Assembly (NCBI RefSeq): GCF_021869535.1
Contig: NW_026262648.1
Span: 806,001 to 870,000 of the forward strand
Source: Mytilus californianus
Taxonomy: Eukaryota
DNA length: 64,000 bases
Direction of reading: 5' to 3'
In this document: one piece after another, positions 33,891-47,400 of the stretch
Position numbering within the stretch: the stretch's first letter is position 1
Layout: every line of letters begins with the position of its first letter
Notes under the pieces: generated by a model
What the model saw: the letters and a program-made list of their open reading frames with translations, nothing else
Database searches by the model: none
What the model was told of the DNA's origin: nothing
Position numbers and translations under genes: made by a program

Positions 33891-35871
33891 TTATATATCA
33901 TATTGTAATTATAAGCCATTATAATACGTAATAAATGTATAATTTTTGTGATTGATCGTTGATAGTAAATTAACATTTAGATAATAATGCATTTGAATAA
34001 ATGTGTACTATAATGGATAGTTCTGCCAATGGCAATCATACCACATCTCCTAGTTTTATATATATTTTAAAAGTTTATATCACTAATTTAAGATTACAGC
34101 AGATGCCAGTACTATCATACATCTAATAGTTTAAAAAAAAAATAAAGATGTGATACAGTTGCTAATGAGACGACTATCTACCAGAGAATTAATGTAGTCG
34201 ATGTTAGCATTTATGGCTCACTGTACAGCCTTCATCAATGAAACAAAACGTGTTCTTATTTTTGTATATTGACTCATCAGATGAACACAATGCACACAAA
34301 CACAAAAACTAGGAAAACCGTATACTCATAATTCTTTCATTACCAGCTGTTTTGGAAGAATATTTCGGAAAAGACTTTTTGAAATCAGTATCGGCATTAT
34401 TGTTTTATATGTTAGTAGGTATATCACCTCTAGTTGTAATCGTCAGCGTTCTAAGAGAGGGATTATTTTGAGCAAGTAAAAGAAAGGAGATGTTGTATGA
34501 TTGTCAACGTTGACAAACGACAGTGAATGTAAACAACTGCAAGTGACCGTAATGCCTTCTATGCAAACAGAACAAAAGAAAACTTACAGGATTCTGACTT
34601 AAGACAACAAAATTAAGAAAGGGGCCGACTAAAAATGTTTACGAGGTCTCAACCCTCTCCTCACCTGTTACAGTTGTGTAACTGCAAAATATAAGAACAT
34701 TCTTTATAAATCAATTGGAATTATTAGATTGGCATGAAGCACAAAAATAAATAACGAAAAGACAAAAAGACACAAAGTACCGAACTTAGAACTATCAGTT
34801 ACTGAAAGAACGTACAGCACATGCATTGTATTTAATTAAAGAGTAGACTAAATGTTTAAACAAAATGCTCTTGCTTTTACAATACAAAATTGTACGAAAG
34901 GGCATATCAATATGCCTCTATTAAAAATTATATATTATAAAATCATATCTAATTAGCAACACAGATTTGTATCGTCAAGAAATGTGTTGTGCAAATTAAG
35001 AGTGTATATTGGCCAACAGAAATGGTATAATACTATATGAAGACTATAACATACCGAAATCTTATTTCGAATTAGCCGCTACTGGTACCCTCTGGAAATG
35101 ATTGTCTCTTTAAGCAGCACCGATCAAGTAGTATTTAAACGCATGATTTGATTTTCCTGCGCTTAACACTCATGACTCATACTTCTGATATAACTCTTAT
35201 CAATTACGGTCTGGAACATATTAAGAGAGTCATTCGATGTTTGGTTTTACTTTGACTGAGGCAACTGCAAATATAGTTTGAGCACAATTATATAATTTAA
35301 CTGTTAATGATATATTTATAAACAAGTAAAAAAAACTAAGATTCACCTTAACTGAGCTTTAAAGACTGTTTTATGAAGAAACCTGATTTTCACATGCTTT
35401 AGATTTAAGGGAAGTAGCAGTGTCACTAAATTTTTCATTTTTGAATTTAACGCCGTTCTCGAACGAGTAAGGTCAAATTATAAACATCATGTCAATTGGT
35501 CCAATTAAATCAATAACCTCATTTGATATGAATCAAGCCAATCCAGATCAAATAAATCAAATCCATATCAAAGACTTTAATTGGTCACTTTTTTAACCAA
35601 ATCCTGAATCATGCTGCTTAAATACCAAACTCAGATATATTGTCTCTGCTGACGTTCTTTTATGTTTATCCAAATTATTGTTTCGTTGTTTTGATTTCTG
35701 TCTTTAATACATTTTCTTTATGGATTCGCCCATTGATTATTTCATTTCCAAAGCTGGTGTATCGCCAAAATTTGACTCGAGCCTTAAACACAAGATTAGC
35801 ATTTATTCCTGATAAATCGTTATGGTGACACAATATTGACTACCAATGGTTTTGATCAGTGCTTGATGTGA

Positions 35872-36062
35872 AATGCGACCCAATAGATTTGATAGGTAGT
35901 AGATGTGACATACTACCCAGTAATGTCTATGAATAGATTTGACAGGTAGTAGATGTGACATGCGTATCAGTATTGTCTATGAATAGATTTGACAGGTAGT
36001 GGTGTGACATGCGTCTCAATATTGTATATTAACATATTTGACAGGAAAAGGGAGTGCCATGC
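35872..36062. repeat. 50-bp minisatellite, about 3.5 copies
   Basis: AATAGATTTGA(T/C)AGGTAGT at 35882, 35932 and 35982. Confidence 0.85.
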
Positions 36063-36819
36063 GACCCAGAATTATTAGTTACATAGTGTGCTAGTGAACT
36101 AATACAATATAAATGGGGTCAGTAAATTCCATATAGGGTGAGAGCAAATCTTGAATCTCCATATGGAATTTACTGACCCCATATATATCGTATTAGATTT
36201 AGCACAATGTGTAACGATTTATCTTACCGACTATCTTAACATGTGGTACTAACAGTGATCAAGTCTTCAATTCAAAGAACTGGATTGGACATGCGACACG
36301 GTTTTGATTTTTATTCGATTTAACAGGTATACAGGATGTTACATGCGACCAAGTATTGCCTATCAAGAGATACAATCTCTATGCTTTCTTCAATTTTCAT
36401 TGCGAACAAAATATCTAAAGGATTACGAGGTTCCCAAACGTATGGAACGTTGATAATAAGTAAAATTACCACGTTTTTTTTTTCTCAAATAGAATACATT
36501 CAATCAATCTATACAAATATCGGTTTGTTAAATTTGAACAATTAAGTGCACATATTTACAATCACCACAGTTACTATGTAATCCAAACAGCTGGTTAATA
36601 TCTGTACGTGGGCGAGACAAGTTAAGATTAAATCATATCGTGCAGCACAAACACAGATTTGAATAAAATCATTGCGTGCCAGTCTGACATTATATAAAAT
36701 TTTAAAGGCTGCTTTTCTGTCCGCGGTATTAAGGAAGCAAAAAAAGTTCTTGTAAGGTAAAATAATAAGTTATTTTGTACATAATAATCCCGATTTATAG
36801 TCGTAACTACATCCTGTTC

Positions 36820-37115
36820 TCTTTTCCCGAATGTGACCTACCAAATTAGACTTATTACCGGGTTTGTACTAACATAAACAACACGACGGGTGCCACATGT
36901 GGAGAAGGATCTGATCACCCTTCCGGAGCACCTGATATCACCCACAGTTTTTGGTGGGGTTCATGTTGCTCAGTCTTTAGTGTTCTATGTTGTGTTTTGT
37001 GTACTATTGTTTTTCTGTTGTTTTTTTTTTTTAAATTTTAGCCATGGCGTTGTCAGTTTATTTTCGACTTATGAGTTTGAATTTCTCTCTGGTATCTTTT
37101 GCCTCTCTTTTATAA
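36820..37115 (+). repeat. High-copy repeat, probably the 3' end of a PLE-type RT element; minus-strand copies at 40715-41130 and 63000-63350
   Basis: Shared CCTTCCGGAGCACCTGA...TTTTTGGTGGGGTTC. The longer copies extend into RT-thumb-like K.SLRKF..RHHKLVDRY.ISVSQM. Confidence 0.75.
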
Positions 37116-38074
37116 AACATTTCTCATCAGAAATTGCGTAAGGCGTCGGAATGTTATCCCAATGTATTACTTTAAACTACATACACAAGTTTGTCAATGA
37201 ATATTTTTACAAAAAGGTGGACTTTTGAGACAAAAAAAAAAACTTCAAATCTTCAACGTTACTTACCTATTTTGTTATCTAATACTATTGAACACGATAA
37301 AGGGTCAAGACTGCTACTTCACAAAAAGTCTTTATATTAATTTAATAGCATTGAAAAATTGTTAATACTTGACATGGTGGTAGATAACAAGCTTTTAAAA
37401 TCAAGGTTATGAGACTAATGATAGATTATACAAGTTCTTATGTATCTATCCCTCGTTTACCGTACCAGTCCTTGTCTGGTGTATACCTGACGAATAATGA
37501 TCGTGAAATTCTCTTCAGAAAAAGATACGGTGAAGTTGGCAAAAAAAGTACGAACAAAAATACCAAACTCCAAGGGAAATCTAAAATGGAGAAGTAAATA
37601 TATTTTATTGCTTAGACCTAATATACTGTTTTAGAATCAATTCACAATTTTAAAACATTGATAAATGAATGTAATCAAATATACCCAATCTTTTTCTTTT
37701 TTTTTTACTTTTTCTTTTGGTAAGGGGTACTATATCTCTGAGTATATATTTTTTGTTATACATCCCCCTCATCCTTTTGTGTTAGCCCCTGACTGCTTGG
37801 GACGTTTGACATCAACGATAGCTTAATTTGTATAGTTACTTATATATCGATATAACTCTTTTAGACCAATTTGTCAATACCGTATTAAGTATGTATTATT
37901 GATATCGACGCATGTAATTAATTCATAGACAACAAAAAAAAAAAAGAATTAATTTTTTAAATTTTCGTTTTTCATAAACCTCTAAGAATATATTTTGAAA
38001 AGTTTTTCTATTGAAATCAATGTCTATCAATGATCCGTCTTAGCAATTATAAAAGAATCTTTCTAGCCTGGTTT

Positions 38075-38790
38075 AGCATAAGCTTTGGTGGTGGAGTACA
38101 TCTTTAACTTAGTTAGTAGAGCTATAAATGCTTTAACTAAGCTGTGGTAATGGAGTACTATCCGTCTTACATGACCTTGTTAGTGGAGATCTTCTTTTGC
38201 TCAGTTGGTAAATTTTTAAACGTCTTATACAAGCTTTGGTAGTGGAGTACTCCTTAAGCTCAGTTGTTAAAATTGTAAACTTCTTAAATAAGCTTTTGTT
38301 CTTGAGTACTCCTTTAGCTCAGTTGGTAGATATAGAAACGTCCTACATAATCTGTAGTAGTTTATATTATCTTTAGCATAGTTGTTAGAACCTTGAGTGT
38401 CCTACATATGCTGTGGTAGTTTATATTACCTTTAGCTCAGTTGTTAGAACCTTGAATGTCCTACATAATCTGTGGTAGTTTATATTACCTTTAGCATAGT
38501 TGTTAGAACCTTGAATGTCCTACATAATCTGTGGTAGTTTATATTACCTTTAGCATAGTTGTTAGAACCTTGAATGTCCTACATAAGCTGTGGTAGAGGA
38601 GTATTCCTTTATCGCTTAGTTGGTAAAATTAAAAACATAATATACAAGTTTTGGTAGTGGAGTTCTCCATTAGCTTGATTAGTAGAAATATAAACGTTCT
38701 ACAAAAGCTTTGGTAATGGAGTACTCATCCAGCTTAGCTGGTAGAATTATAAACATCCTACATAAGGTAGCTGAACACATCTTTAGATCA
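38075..38790. repeat. 59-60-bp minisatellite, about 12 copies
   Basis: Approximate unit AAGCTGTGGTAGTGGAGTACTCCTTTAGCTCAGTTGGTAGAATTATAAACGTCCTACAT; adjacent units at 38461 and 38520. Confidence 0.9.
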
Positions 38791-41700
38791 GTCAGTAAGA
38801 TTATAAAAAAATGCAATGACATTTCATATATTTGTTTCTTTATAGCACAACCCACGGATTGTCTAAGATATGTTACAGGCAAGATCATATCATATAATAA
38901 TATATCGCAATATGCCAATAAAAACCCACGAAAGGATTCTTTAGCGTGCAGATATCATGAAATTTCTCCCGACAGAAAAAAATATATTTTACCATTTCAA
39001 CGGAGCAAAATGAGCACATGATATCTTTATGCAGTACAAGAGACGTGAAGCTATTACCTTTACCGTATTTCAAATTTTGATATATCAGTGATAAAATATA
39101 TATGGTCTTTTAAGTTAACTTGGTCCCATTAAATTGTTTTCATATTCTACAATCTTTTGAAGTGCATTTACAAATCTCCCAAAACTTTTCAGTAAATAAG
39201 ATATTAAAAATATGCAATGAGATGTCCGACGATTTTATGTTAAAATAAAAAAAATATGCGTATGGAGTTAAATATTCCTTGAATTATCTAAAAACATTAA
39301 TGATGGTGTGGCTCTACTTTTGTGTATTAATTTAATCAGCAATTTGTCATGACACATGTACACATTATTGACACAAACGATCATAAAAAGAGGCTTGTTA
39401 ATGTATTCCATGACTAAAACAGATACCCAATGACTACATAATACCTGAAGGAATCTTTGAATTCAACTTTCAGATTTTATTATACACCAGTTAAATTGAC
39501 TTTTGATCAGCTTGACCTCGGTAAACAGATAATAGTATATTTGAAGGTACAATATAAGGTACTAACTAGGCACATTTTCTTTATTCATATATATAAAGAC
39601 AACGACCTATACACATTATCATGAAATGGTTTATAATCTTATTGACTCTAGAATTGACTACGGCTACTATTCTTAGAGGTGTTAAGAAGACCAGCAACAT
39701 AAACAAACGACAAACACGTCAGTCATTTGGCAAAAAATATCATGATTTATTTGCCTCTATTGAGTAATTTTCTTTCAGAATGATTATTCTAGTTTTTTGG
39801 TGGGGGGGGACCTAACCCGGACGAGACCAAGTGTCAATGAAATGTACTTCAAGGTATACAATAATGACACGTGTAACCCTAATGAGAATAAAAACTGCAT
39901 TTTTTTTTGCACAATGTATCAAAATAATCGCAGAGTTTATTTTCGAATTAATCGCTACAAGTAGGGACATAACTAGTATGTGAAATTAATCTAATAATGG
40001 AAAACTTTTCATAATAATTTTAAAACAAGACGAATTTTATCACGTTTACATTGTAGATGTAGGATGATTAAAAACAGAAATATACAATCTGCTGATTCAC
40101 ACCGTATTGGAAATCTTACTATGACGTATGGATGTGCGTGTTTCGTGTAACATATACATTACGATTGTGTGCCCTCTTCGCGTCAGTTTGGGATTTTATC
40201 ACTATCAAATTACCAATTTTTTTTCTATAGGAGCAAAACAATAGTTTTTGTGAACGGTATACATAAGTCAGATAATACATATTTCTAGGGTTTTTTGGTT
40301 ACATAAAGTCATACCTTGAAATATGCATTATCTATAATATAACGACGAAAAAACTTTGGAAACAATTATAGTTACCGTAACTTTATTCAGAGGCTTATTT
40401 TTTTGAGCGTTTTAAACCATGTCTGTAGTATATGATTGAATCGCTTTGAAAAGAAACAACACAGTTCTTTGTATCAATATTTGTCACAACATGTGTCACT
40501 AGGTAAGAAAAACTTACACCAGAGTCCAACCGCATATTTTAGGAGCTGGTGTTGCTTAGGTTTACGTTTATTTTGAAATATTTTTTTCATTTGGTCTCTG
40601 TGTTGTATTTCTCTTTGAAATTGTTGATATATAAAGCGTCTTGTATTTTTGGATATGTCAAGCATAGTAGAAAGTTAAAATATAGGCAAATAATTAATAT
40701 TAAAATTATTACCCTTGAAAAAGGAAAAGCGAAAGATACCAAAGGGACAATCCAACTCATAAGTCGAAAATAAACTGACAACGTCATTGCTAAAAAAGAA
40801 AAAGACCAACAGACAAACAATAGTACACAAAACACAACATAGAAAACTAAAGACTGAGCAACACGAACCCCACCAAAAACTGGGGGTGATCTCAGGAGCT
40901 CCGGAAGGGTAAGCAAATCCTGTTCGACATGTGGCACCCGTCGTGTTGCTCATATTAGTAAATCCCAGTCATAAGTCTAGTTCGTTAGGTCACATTCGGG
41001 TAAAGGGGACGGGATTGTAGTTACGACATTAGGAACATATCCGCCATCATCTGTGAAACGGATATTCTGTAACGGTCAACCAACTTGTGATGGCGTCATT
41101 AAAATTTACGAAGAGATTATTTCAACTTCATCACTTGGAAGTCTTTGAGCCAGTATCAATAAAAATTATCGTAGTGTATCAACTTCAATAATTCTTTTAT
41201 GCCCCAAAAGTCTGAGATTTCGTAAAATGAATAATTATACAAACAGAAATGTGCATCAACAGCACAATACATATAAATATTTCACCTTTACTGATGCAGA
41301 CGGGTAATGGATTTCATAGATACTTTTAACCTATCAATGGGGGAAATAGGGAAATGAGAACAATAGAAAAGTAACATCTTAAGCGATAAATGTTATCAAA
41401 TCAATAATTGGCATACAATGTTAACAATACTGATTAAACTCCGTTTTTAAATCACACTTTTACACTTTAAAACGAATATATGTTAGACTATGTTATTTGA
41501 AATAAACATAAACAATGTAAGTTGTTTATTGTCATCATCTGTAGAAAACATGATGTTCCCTGCTTTCGAAATACAATATTTGGCAAAGGATAATCGACCA
41601 TCTATGACAAAAAAGTTAAATGTCTAATCTATTTAGATGTTCAATTACAAATATGTATCATTGGCTTGGTATATTAGGTGAATTTTGAGTGGCCGTTAAA

Positions 41701-43759
41701 CAGACCTGAGCTTTACTAGCCTTAACTATATGGAACTTCACACGCCATTATTCGCTGACAATTTCCATATTGAAAATGACCAAGGAAGTTTGCGTTAATC
41801 TCTGAGGAGTAAATCCTTCAAAAACGGTCTAATCTATTGCAACATTGATAATTTGATTTCACGGAAAACTAATTTCGGAGATTACTTTAACATCGTCTCT
41901 TTTTTTGATAAAATCCTTGAATCCCAAAGCCAAAATTAAGCCTTCTAGTTTACTTTGTAATTTGGTGTTTCTATAGTTTTTATCAAAATTTTTTTTTTAA
42001 AAGTTGCAGAAAACTGATGATCCTGTCACGCATATTTAGTGGAAGTTAACCAGAAAACGCCTACAGCTCCACTTCATCCAATACCAGCATGTGTTGATTC
42101 ATTTTATGAAGTTTGTATACACTATGAAGGACCTTTACCAAGTTTCTAATATTTGTAAAGACCACTAACATTTCAATTAGTTGGACTTGTTTTTGTACTC
42201 ATTCTGATCAATGTTTGAACTTAATGGTAGGATGTTTTTAACAAGTTATGTTTCAGCTTAGCTATGTTAGTGTAAGTAGTATAAATCAAGTGCACACAAT
42301 CCTTAGTCTTAGTTTTATCAGACTTTGCAAATATGATTTAGACATCCTTTTTTTAATTTACAAAAGCATTGGCAGAAATTGGATTAGATGATACTCATGA
42401 AAAAAAGTAGATTATATACTGACTGACTGTGAAAACGCAGCACACATTTTGGTGAATTTTTTTTAACAAATCATGACTTTTAACTTTTCATGTTAACCAT
42501 AATTTTTGTTCCGTTTACAAAAATTCAATGTCTGACAAAACTGAGATAAATGAACATACCGGATTATTGAAGTCGCACGAATTTCTAAAAGCGATATTTG
42601 AAACCCATTAGAAATTTTGTAAGGTTTTTTTCTTCGTGAAACAATTCTTTCAAATCATATCCACATTTAAATCAGTAAAAACATATAGCGTTTCCATATT
42701 TCTGAGACCGTACAAAGAAAATTAAAAGCAGGCCATACGAATATTGCGTGAATGTGCTGTTGCTAGACAATTTCACGTCAAAAACTTCCCTTACTGTCCT
42801 TATTATATACAACAAAGGTAGAAAGCAGACGGGATTTGCTGATCACTACCCATGACCAAATCACTATGTAGCGACAACGTTTCGTCCATAAAGTCTGATT
42901 ACGTCATTCGCTAGAAATGTAACGGCCACACCGCTAACTCTTAATCAAATCATTGAAAGACACACAGCTTCACATCATAAATGTTTCCCAAATACTGAAA
43001 TGCCAAAGAATTGACTGCAGAAAAACAATTTAAGCCCTCAAGTTTAAACCGCATAATTGCCGAAACACACTGTAATGGGTGAGACATATGGCAAATCAGA
43101 AAGGACAAAATAGAACTCAAAACATGCACAACAGAACTAGTTGGCTTTTCTGTCAATCGTTTAGCCGTTGGAAACAAGCAGTCATTGTCTTCGACGGTGA
43201 TACATCCATTGATATGGGAAACCATGATTTCAGTGCATGCCACATGACTTGAACACGAATTATGACGTAATCAATTCAACTTTCGAACTGCTAACTGTTT
43301 ATAGACAATGAAGTAATGATCGAAATTTATGTTTAAACATTTATTTTACAAGAATTTCATACTTGAACATGATAATTGAAAAGAATAATCTAGTGTTGCA
43401 ACTCTAAAGTCCGTCAATATATATGTATATTAATTTGAAAATATACTTTGTAAGCCACGTGAAATGCCAACAAAAACTTAAACAAATGAAAGTTTGGCAT
43501 GACAAGAATGCAAGAGATATTTCCACCAGATGACAAAGTGTCATTATTTTACCCGAAACCTGGTAAAGCCCTGCAAGATAAGTATCGTAACCATACACAT
43601 CCGATCACAAGGTCATTTATGTGAATCATATAACCACCTCTGGACGCCGCTAAAAAAGATTGTATCATATCGATATTATCAAAGCATATGTGAGAGAAAT
43701 TGAATGTCAAATCAAACCAGTTGTAACTTGAAATTCTGTTACCACAACATAACAGATTG

Positions 43760-43956
43760 TATACTTAATTCTGTGTTCCATCTGATTTAGATAGTAAACT
43801 GTCACATTTGTCATATCCACAAAGGCAAGAAATACAATAATTTATTAATGAGGTTGCTTATTTATCTCCTGACACAAGAAACTGTATGATATGATGTAGA
43901 TGCTGGTAATGTTATAACGAAAAACCAGCATCCATATAGAGTGAATCCACTAAAGG
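43760..43956 (+). mobile_element. Gypsy/Ty3 pol relic (protease-RT spacer)
   Basis: DSKLSHLSYPQRQEI...DVDAGNVITKNQHPYRVNPLK. Confidence 0.6.
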
Positions 43957-44383
43957 TGTCAGACTACCATTTCAAAATCCATATCTATTCAACCAAATTT
44001 TGCAATTTTCACTGCTTTCTAAATATTTTACTTTAAGATTAACTTGATAGAAATCAGGTATATCCTCAACTATACACGTATTACCTTTATACTTGCCAAT
44101 TTTCAACCCATGTTTAAAGTCTTAATACGAAGAACTACCGTTCGGAAGCCAAGTACTACTTAAAATAACCCCTGGCTTTCTGGAAATCTTTGATTAGTAT
44201 ACTATGGAGTTCATTAATCCTCATTTTTTCAATGTAGCTAATATCCTTAAGGGTTCTTTGTTTTCATAAATGACTGTGTTTCTGTTTCATTCCAGAAGGA
44301 TGACTTTATGAGAGACATGTATATTAACGGTTTTGGACTGTTTTATTGATATTACAGATGACTCTTTACCTGTTTCATTGCAG

Positions 44384-44498
44384 AAGGATGTATTTACAAT
44401 TGGCAGACCTATCAACAAGGAGAGTCATGGACTGTTCCTTGCAAATACAATTGTCAATGTGTCGATGGATCAACGGGTCTTTACGTATGCAAAGACGT
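44384..44498 (+). CDS. Exon a: first half of the VWC-like Cys module
   Basis: cattgcag| GCIYNWQTYQQGESWTVPCKYNCQCVDGSTGLYVCKD |gtaagt. Confidence 0.85.
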
Positions 44499-47400
44499 GT
44501 AAGTGAATCACATTTGATATTTATCTATAATGAAATAAACACTTTATATTTCCTTGCGACCGAAGTGCTTTTTTTTTTATTACCTTCACCAGAAACGCTC
44601 AAGTATAAACATTAAGTTGTATATATACATGTAACACATCACGTTATTCTTGTGTTTGCAAAAATGAACAACTTTCATTTTCAAATGAGGTATAGTTTTC
44701 TAAACTCATACGATGTCATGATCACTAGCTTTTAGTAGACAGTGATTGAATACTATCATATTAGTATAAGAAGCTAAGAGGGTTGTATTATCTATATTTT
44801 TTTGTTTGTTTGGGGGGTGGGGGGATAGAGCGACAGTATAAGACCAATAAATGTGGCTACTTTAAGTTTCTTCCTGTAGTAGCTTACATGTTTGGATCAC
44901 GCTTCCCAACTTATAATGTTCCGTGTTTTATTTCTTCGTTCTGGTTCGTGGTCTTTCTTAATGAGGTTGCACTCCACAGTTAGGTGTGTAGTTTCGCATT
45001 TTGGCCCCTGTGAATTTTTTAAAATATGCATTAAAAGTTGAAGCAGGGGGGAGGGGGGGGGGAATCATATTAAGGTAGCACTGCACATTTTGGTGTGTAG
45101 TTTCGCATTTTGGCCCTGTAGATTTTTTCAAATATGAGAGCTAGTGTGCAATAAAATTCATTTTTGGATAGCTGAAGATTAATTTAGCCTTCATAGTGGG
45201 TTTATAGGAACATCACGATTGTGTAATGAATGTATTATGGGCTGTTTTCTGTATGACAGTCCGTATTTTCATATCCATACCATCGGTCCGGCAATTATTG
45301 TAATGTTTTTTTCCAACTTTTTGTCGCACGAACTTTGTGATTAAATGTTACGAAAAAAGGGTATCACTCAAAGGCATTGAAATTCTAGTTAAAACCAAAT
45401 TTTGGGGGAATATGTGACATTTTCATGCCCCTTTTCGCAATATTTATGGTAAATAAATGCAGAATGTTGCCATGGATACACAAAAATAGAATGATTTTTA
45501 CACCATTTTTAACTTTTGAAAATCAAATCTATGGAAGATACTGATTAAATACATATGCACATGTATGACACAAACAGTTGGCTTAATGTATTAGAAAGCT
45601 AGGAATAGAAGATGATTAAACATTTTGTGGTTCAATTTTCATTTTATTTTCTAACTGTGGAGTGCTTCCTGATGCTGGATTTGCGCAATTTTTTTTCTTA
45701 TCGATGTTTTACTGGAAAAAAACATATCGTAAAGATATGTACCGACCCAAGCTACCTAGACTATATGTTTGTCGTGTGTTCGTATTTTTTTTTAAACATG
45801 TTTCATTTGCAAGAATATCAATATAGATTTGATACAATTTATAACAACACGATGGATATCCCCTCCCAATAAGAATATGAACACAGACACATTACATAAT
45901 GACGAAAACATGAAAGGAGTGCATGTTCTATAAAACAAAACGTACGAAGAAAGACTACATAAATAGATTTCAAGTGTTAGTTGTATGTTTTGAAAATTTG
46001 TGTTCTTCTGATATTGTCGTGTACAAATCGGGCGTATGTTGGATTAGGTATTGGATAATATTTGGAATGAATCGTGTTTTCATTTTAATGTATAAATGTG
46101 ATTATTGTATCCGTCGTTACTGTAGAGCACGTTTTTCGTGCCTTTTTTAAGATCTTAAAGGAATAAATAGACGATTTCATTTATTGATTGATTGATCGTT
46201 GATTGCTAAAATTCCACTGAACGTTTTTGGATGATTTGCAGTAAATCTGTCCCACAAGGGAAATAAGCCAATTAGAATTTGGTTAGAATTGCAGATATAC
46301 AAAAATGAAATGTCGAAAATATGCTTTTCATAACAGTAGTAAAAAGCTGAATAAATATGAAAGATTTTTTAATATTCAGATGTTTTAATTAATAAGATGT
46401 ATAAATATATGTTTTCCTTAGATGTCCTACTTATGGAACCCTACCACGCAATTGTCAGTTAGTGAAAGAAGCAAACGGATGTTGCAGTAAACCACAATGC
46501 TCTTTTGCGCCCTCTGGTGGAGGTTTGTTTAAATCTAGCTATATGTATATTGGCAGTACTTAAAGAATACATTTCTGAAACAGTATTACGTGTTATGCAG
46601 ATTTTATATTTAAATACAGATTAAAAACTGTTAATCGTACGTTATGTCTCAAAATACTGCAAATTTGATTGATTTACTTTCGGTGATGGCTATTACCTTA
46701 TATGCAATGAAATGGCATTTGACGTTTTCACTGTAGTACTGGACAGGAAATAACTTACACATGCCAAGTATTTTTTTTAATTTAAAACACAGATAAATTC
46801 TGCACAGTTTTTTTGTAAAAAAATTTGTGGCATTACTCCTCTTATGTCAATTTTGCTAAATGGAGTTGGAACCCTAAATTTTTAAACAACTTCTAAATTG
46901 ATTTAATCATATAAGGTTACCTGAACAAAAAATACTTTTAGGTCAGCAAATCGTGTATATTAAATTATTGATTTATATGTATTTGTTCTGATTTTTTTAT
47001 GTTTATTTTTGTGTAGATTAAGGAAATTTGCGCATCTAGTATGAGTGTTGAAAAGTTTACTAATGATATTACATCTCAGTTTTAAATTTTATGCTTTCTT
47101 ATCATTTCAAATTGATCACAAATGAATAACGGTCGTGATGTGTGTATAGACCCGACATACTCCCCTTGGCAAAAAGAAAATTGAGCATTGTTCTTTGGAA
47201 AATGTGTAGGATATATTGCTCTGCTCATAAAGCCTTTTGAAGTTATATATCATGTAAATCATAACGCAAATTTATTATCAAATTTACACAACTCGATATT
47301 TTCATTTATATAGAAAAAAATTGTGAAAACTGGAGTTTCAGTTATCATGGCTATATTTTCAAATCTAAAAAAAAAAATTATCAACTGAAACCAAAATAGT

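Noticed and set aside
38679-39073. Overlapping short ORFs and a possible coding role for the 59-60-bp repeat
   Set aside because: 59-bp units break the frame; no motifs or splice signals.
40430-40510. Hydrophobic stretch before AG|gtaaga as the signal-peptide exon of the ShK gene
   Set aside because: No in-frame ATG in the hydrophobic frame, and the phase does not match exon a.
36890-40953. Hydrophobic ORFs such as MPHVEQDLLTLPE... as membrane proteins
   Set aside because: They are translations of a high-copy repeat present three times in the window.
47110-47210. TGA at an ShK Cys position as selenocysteine
   Set aside because: The same exon has lost another Cys and its 5' part; ordinary decay.
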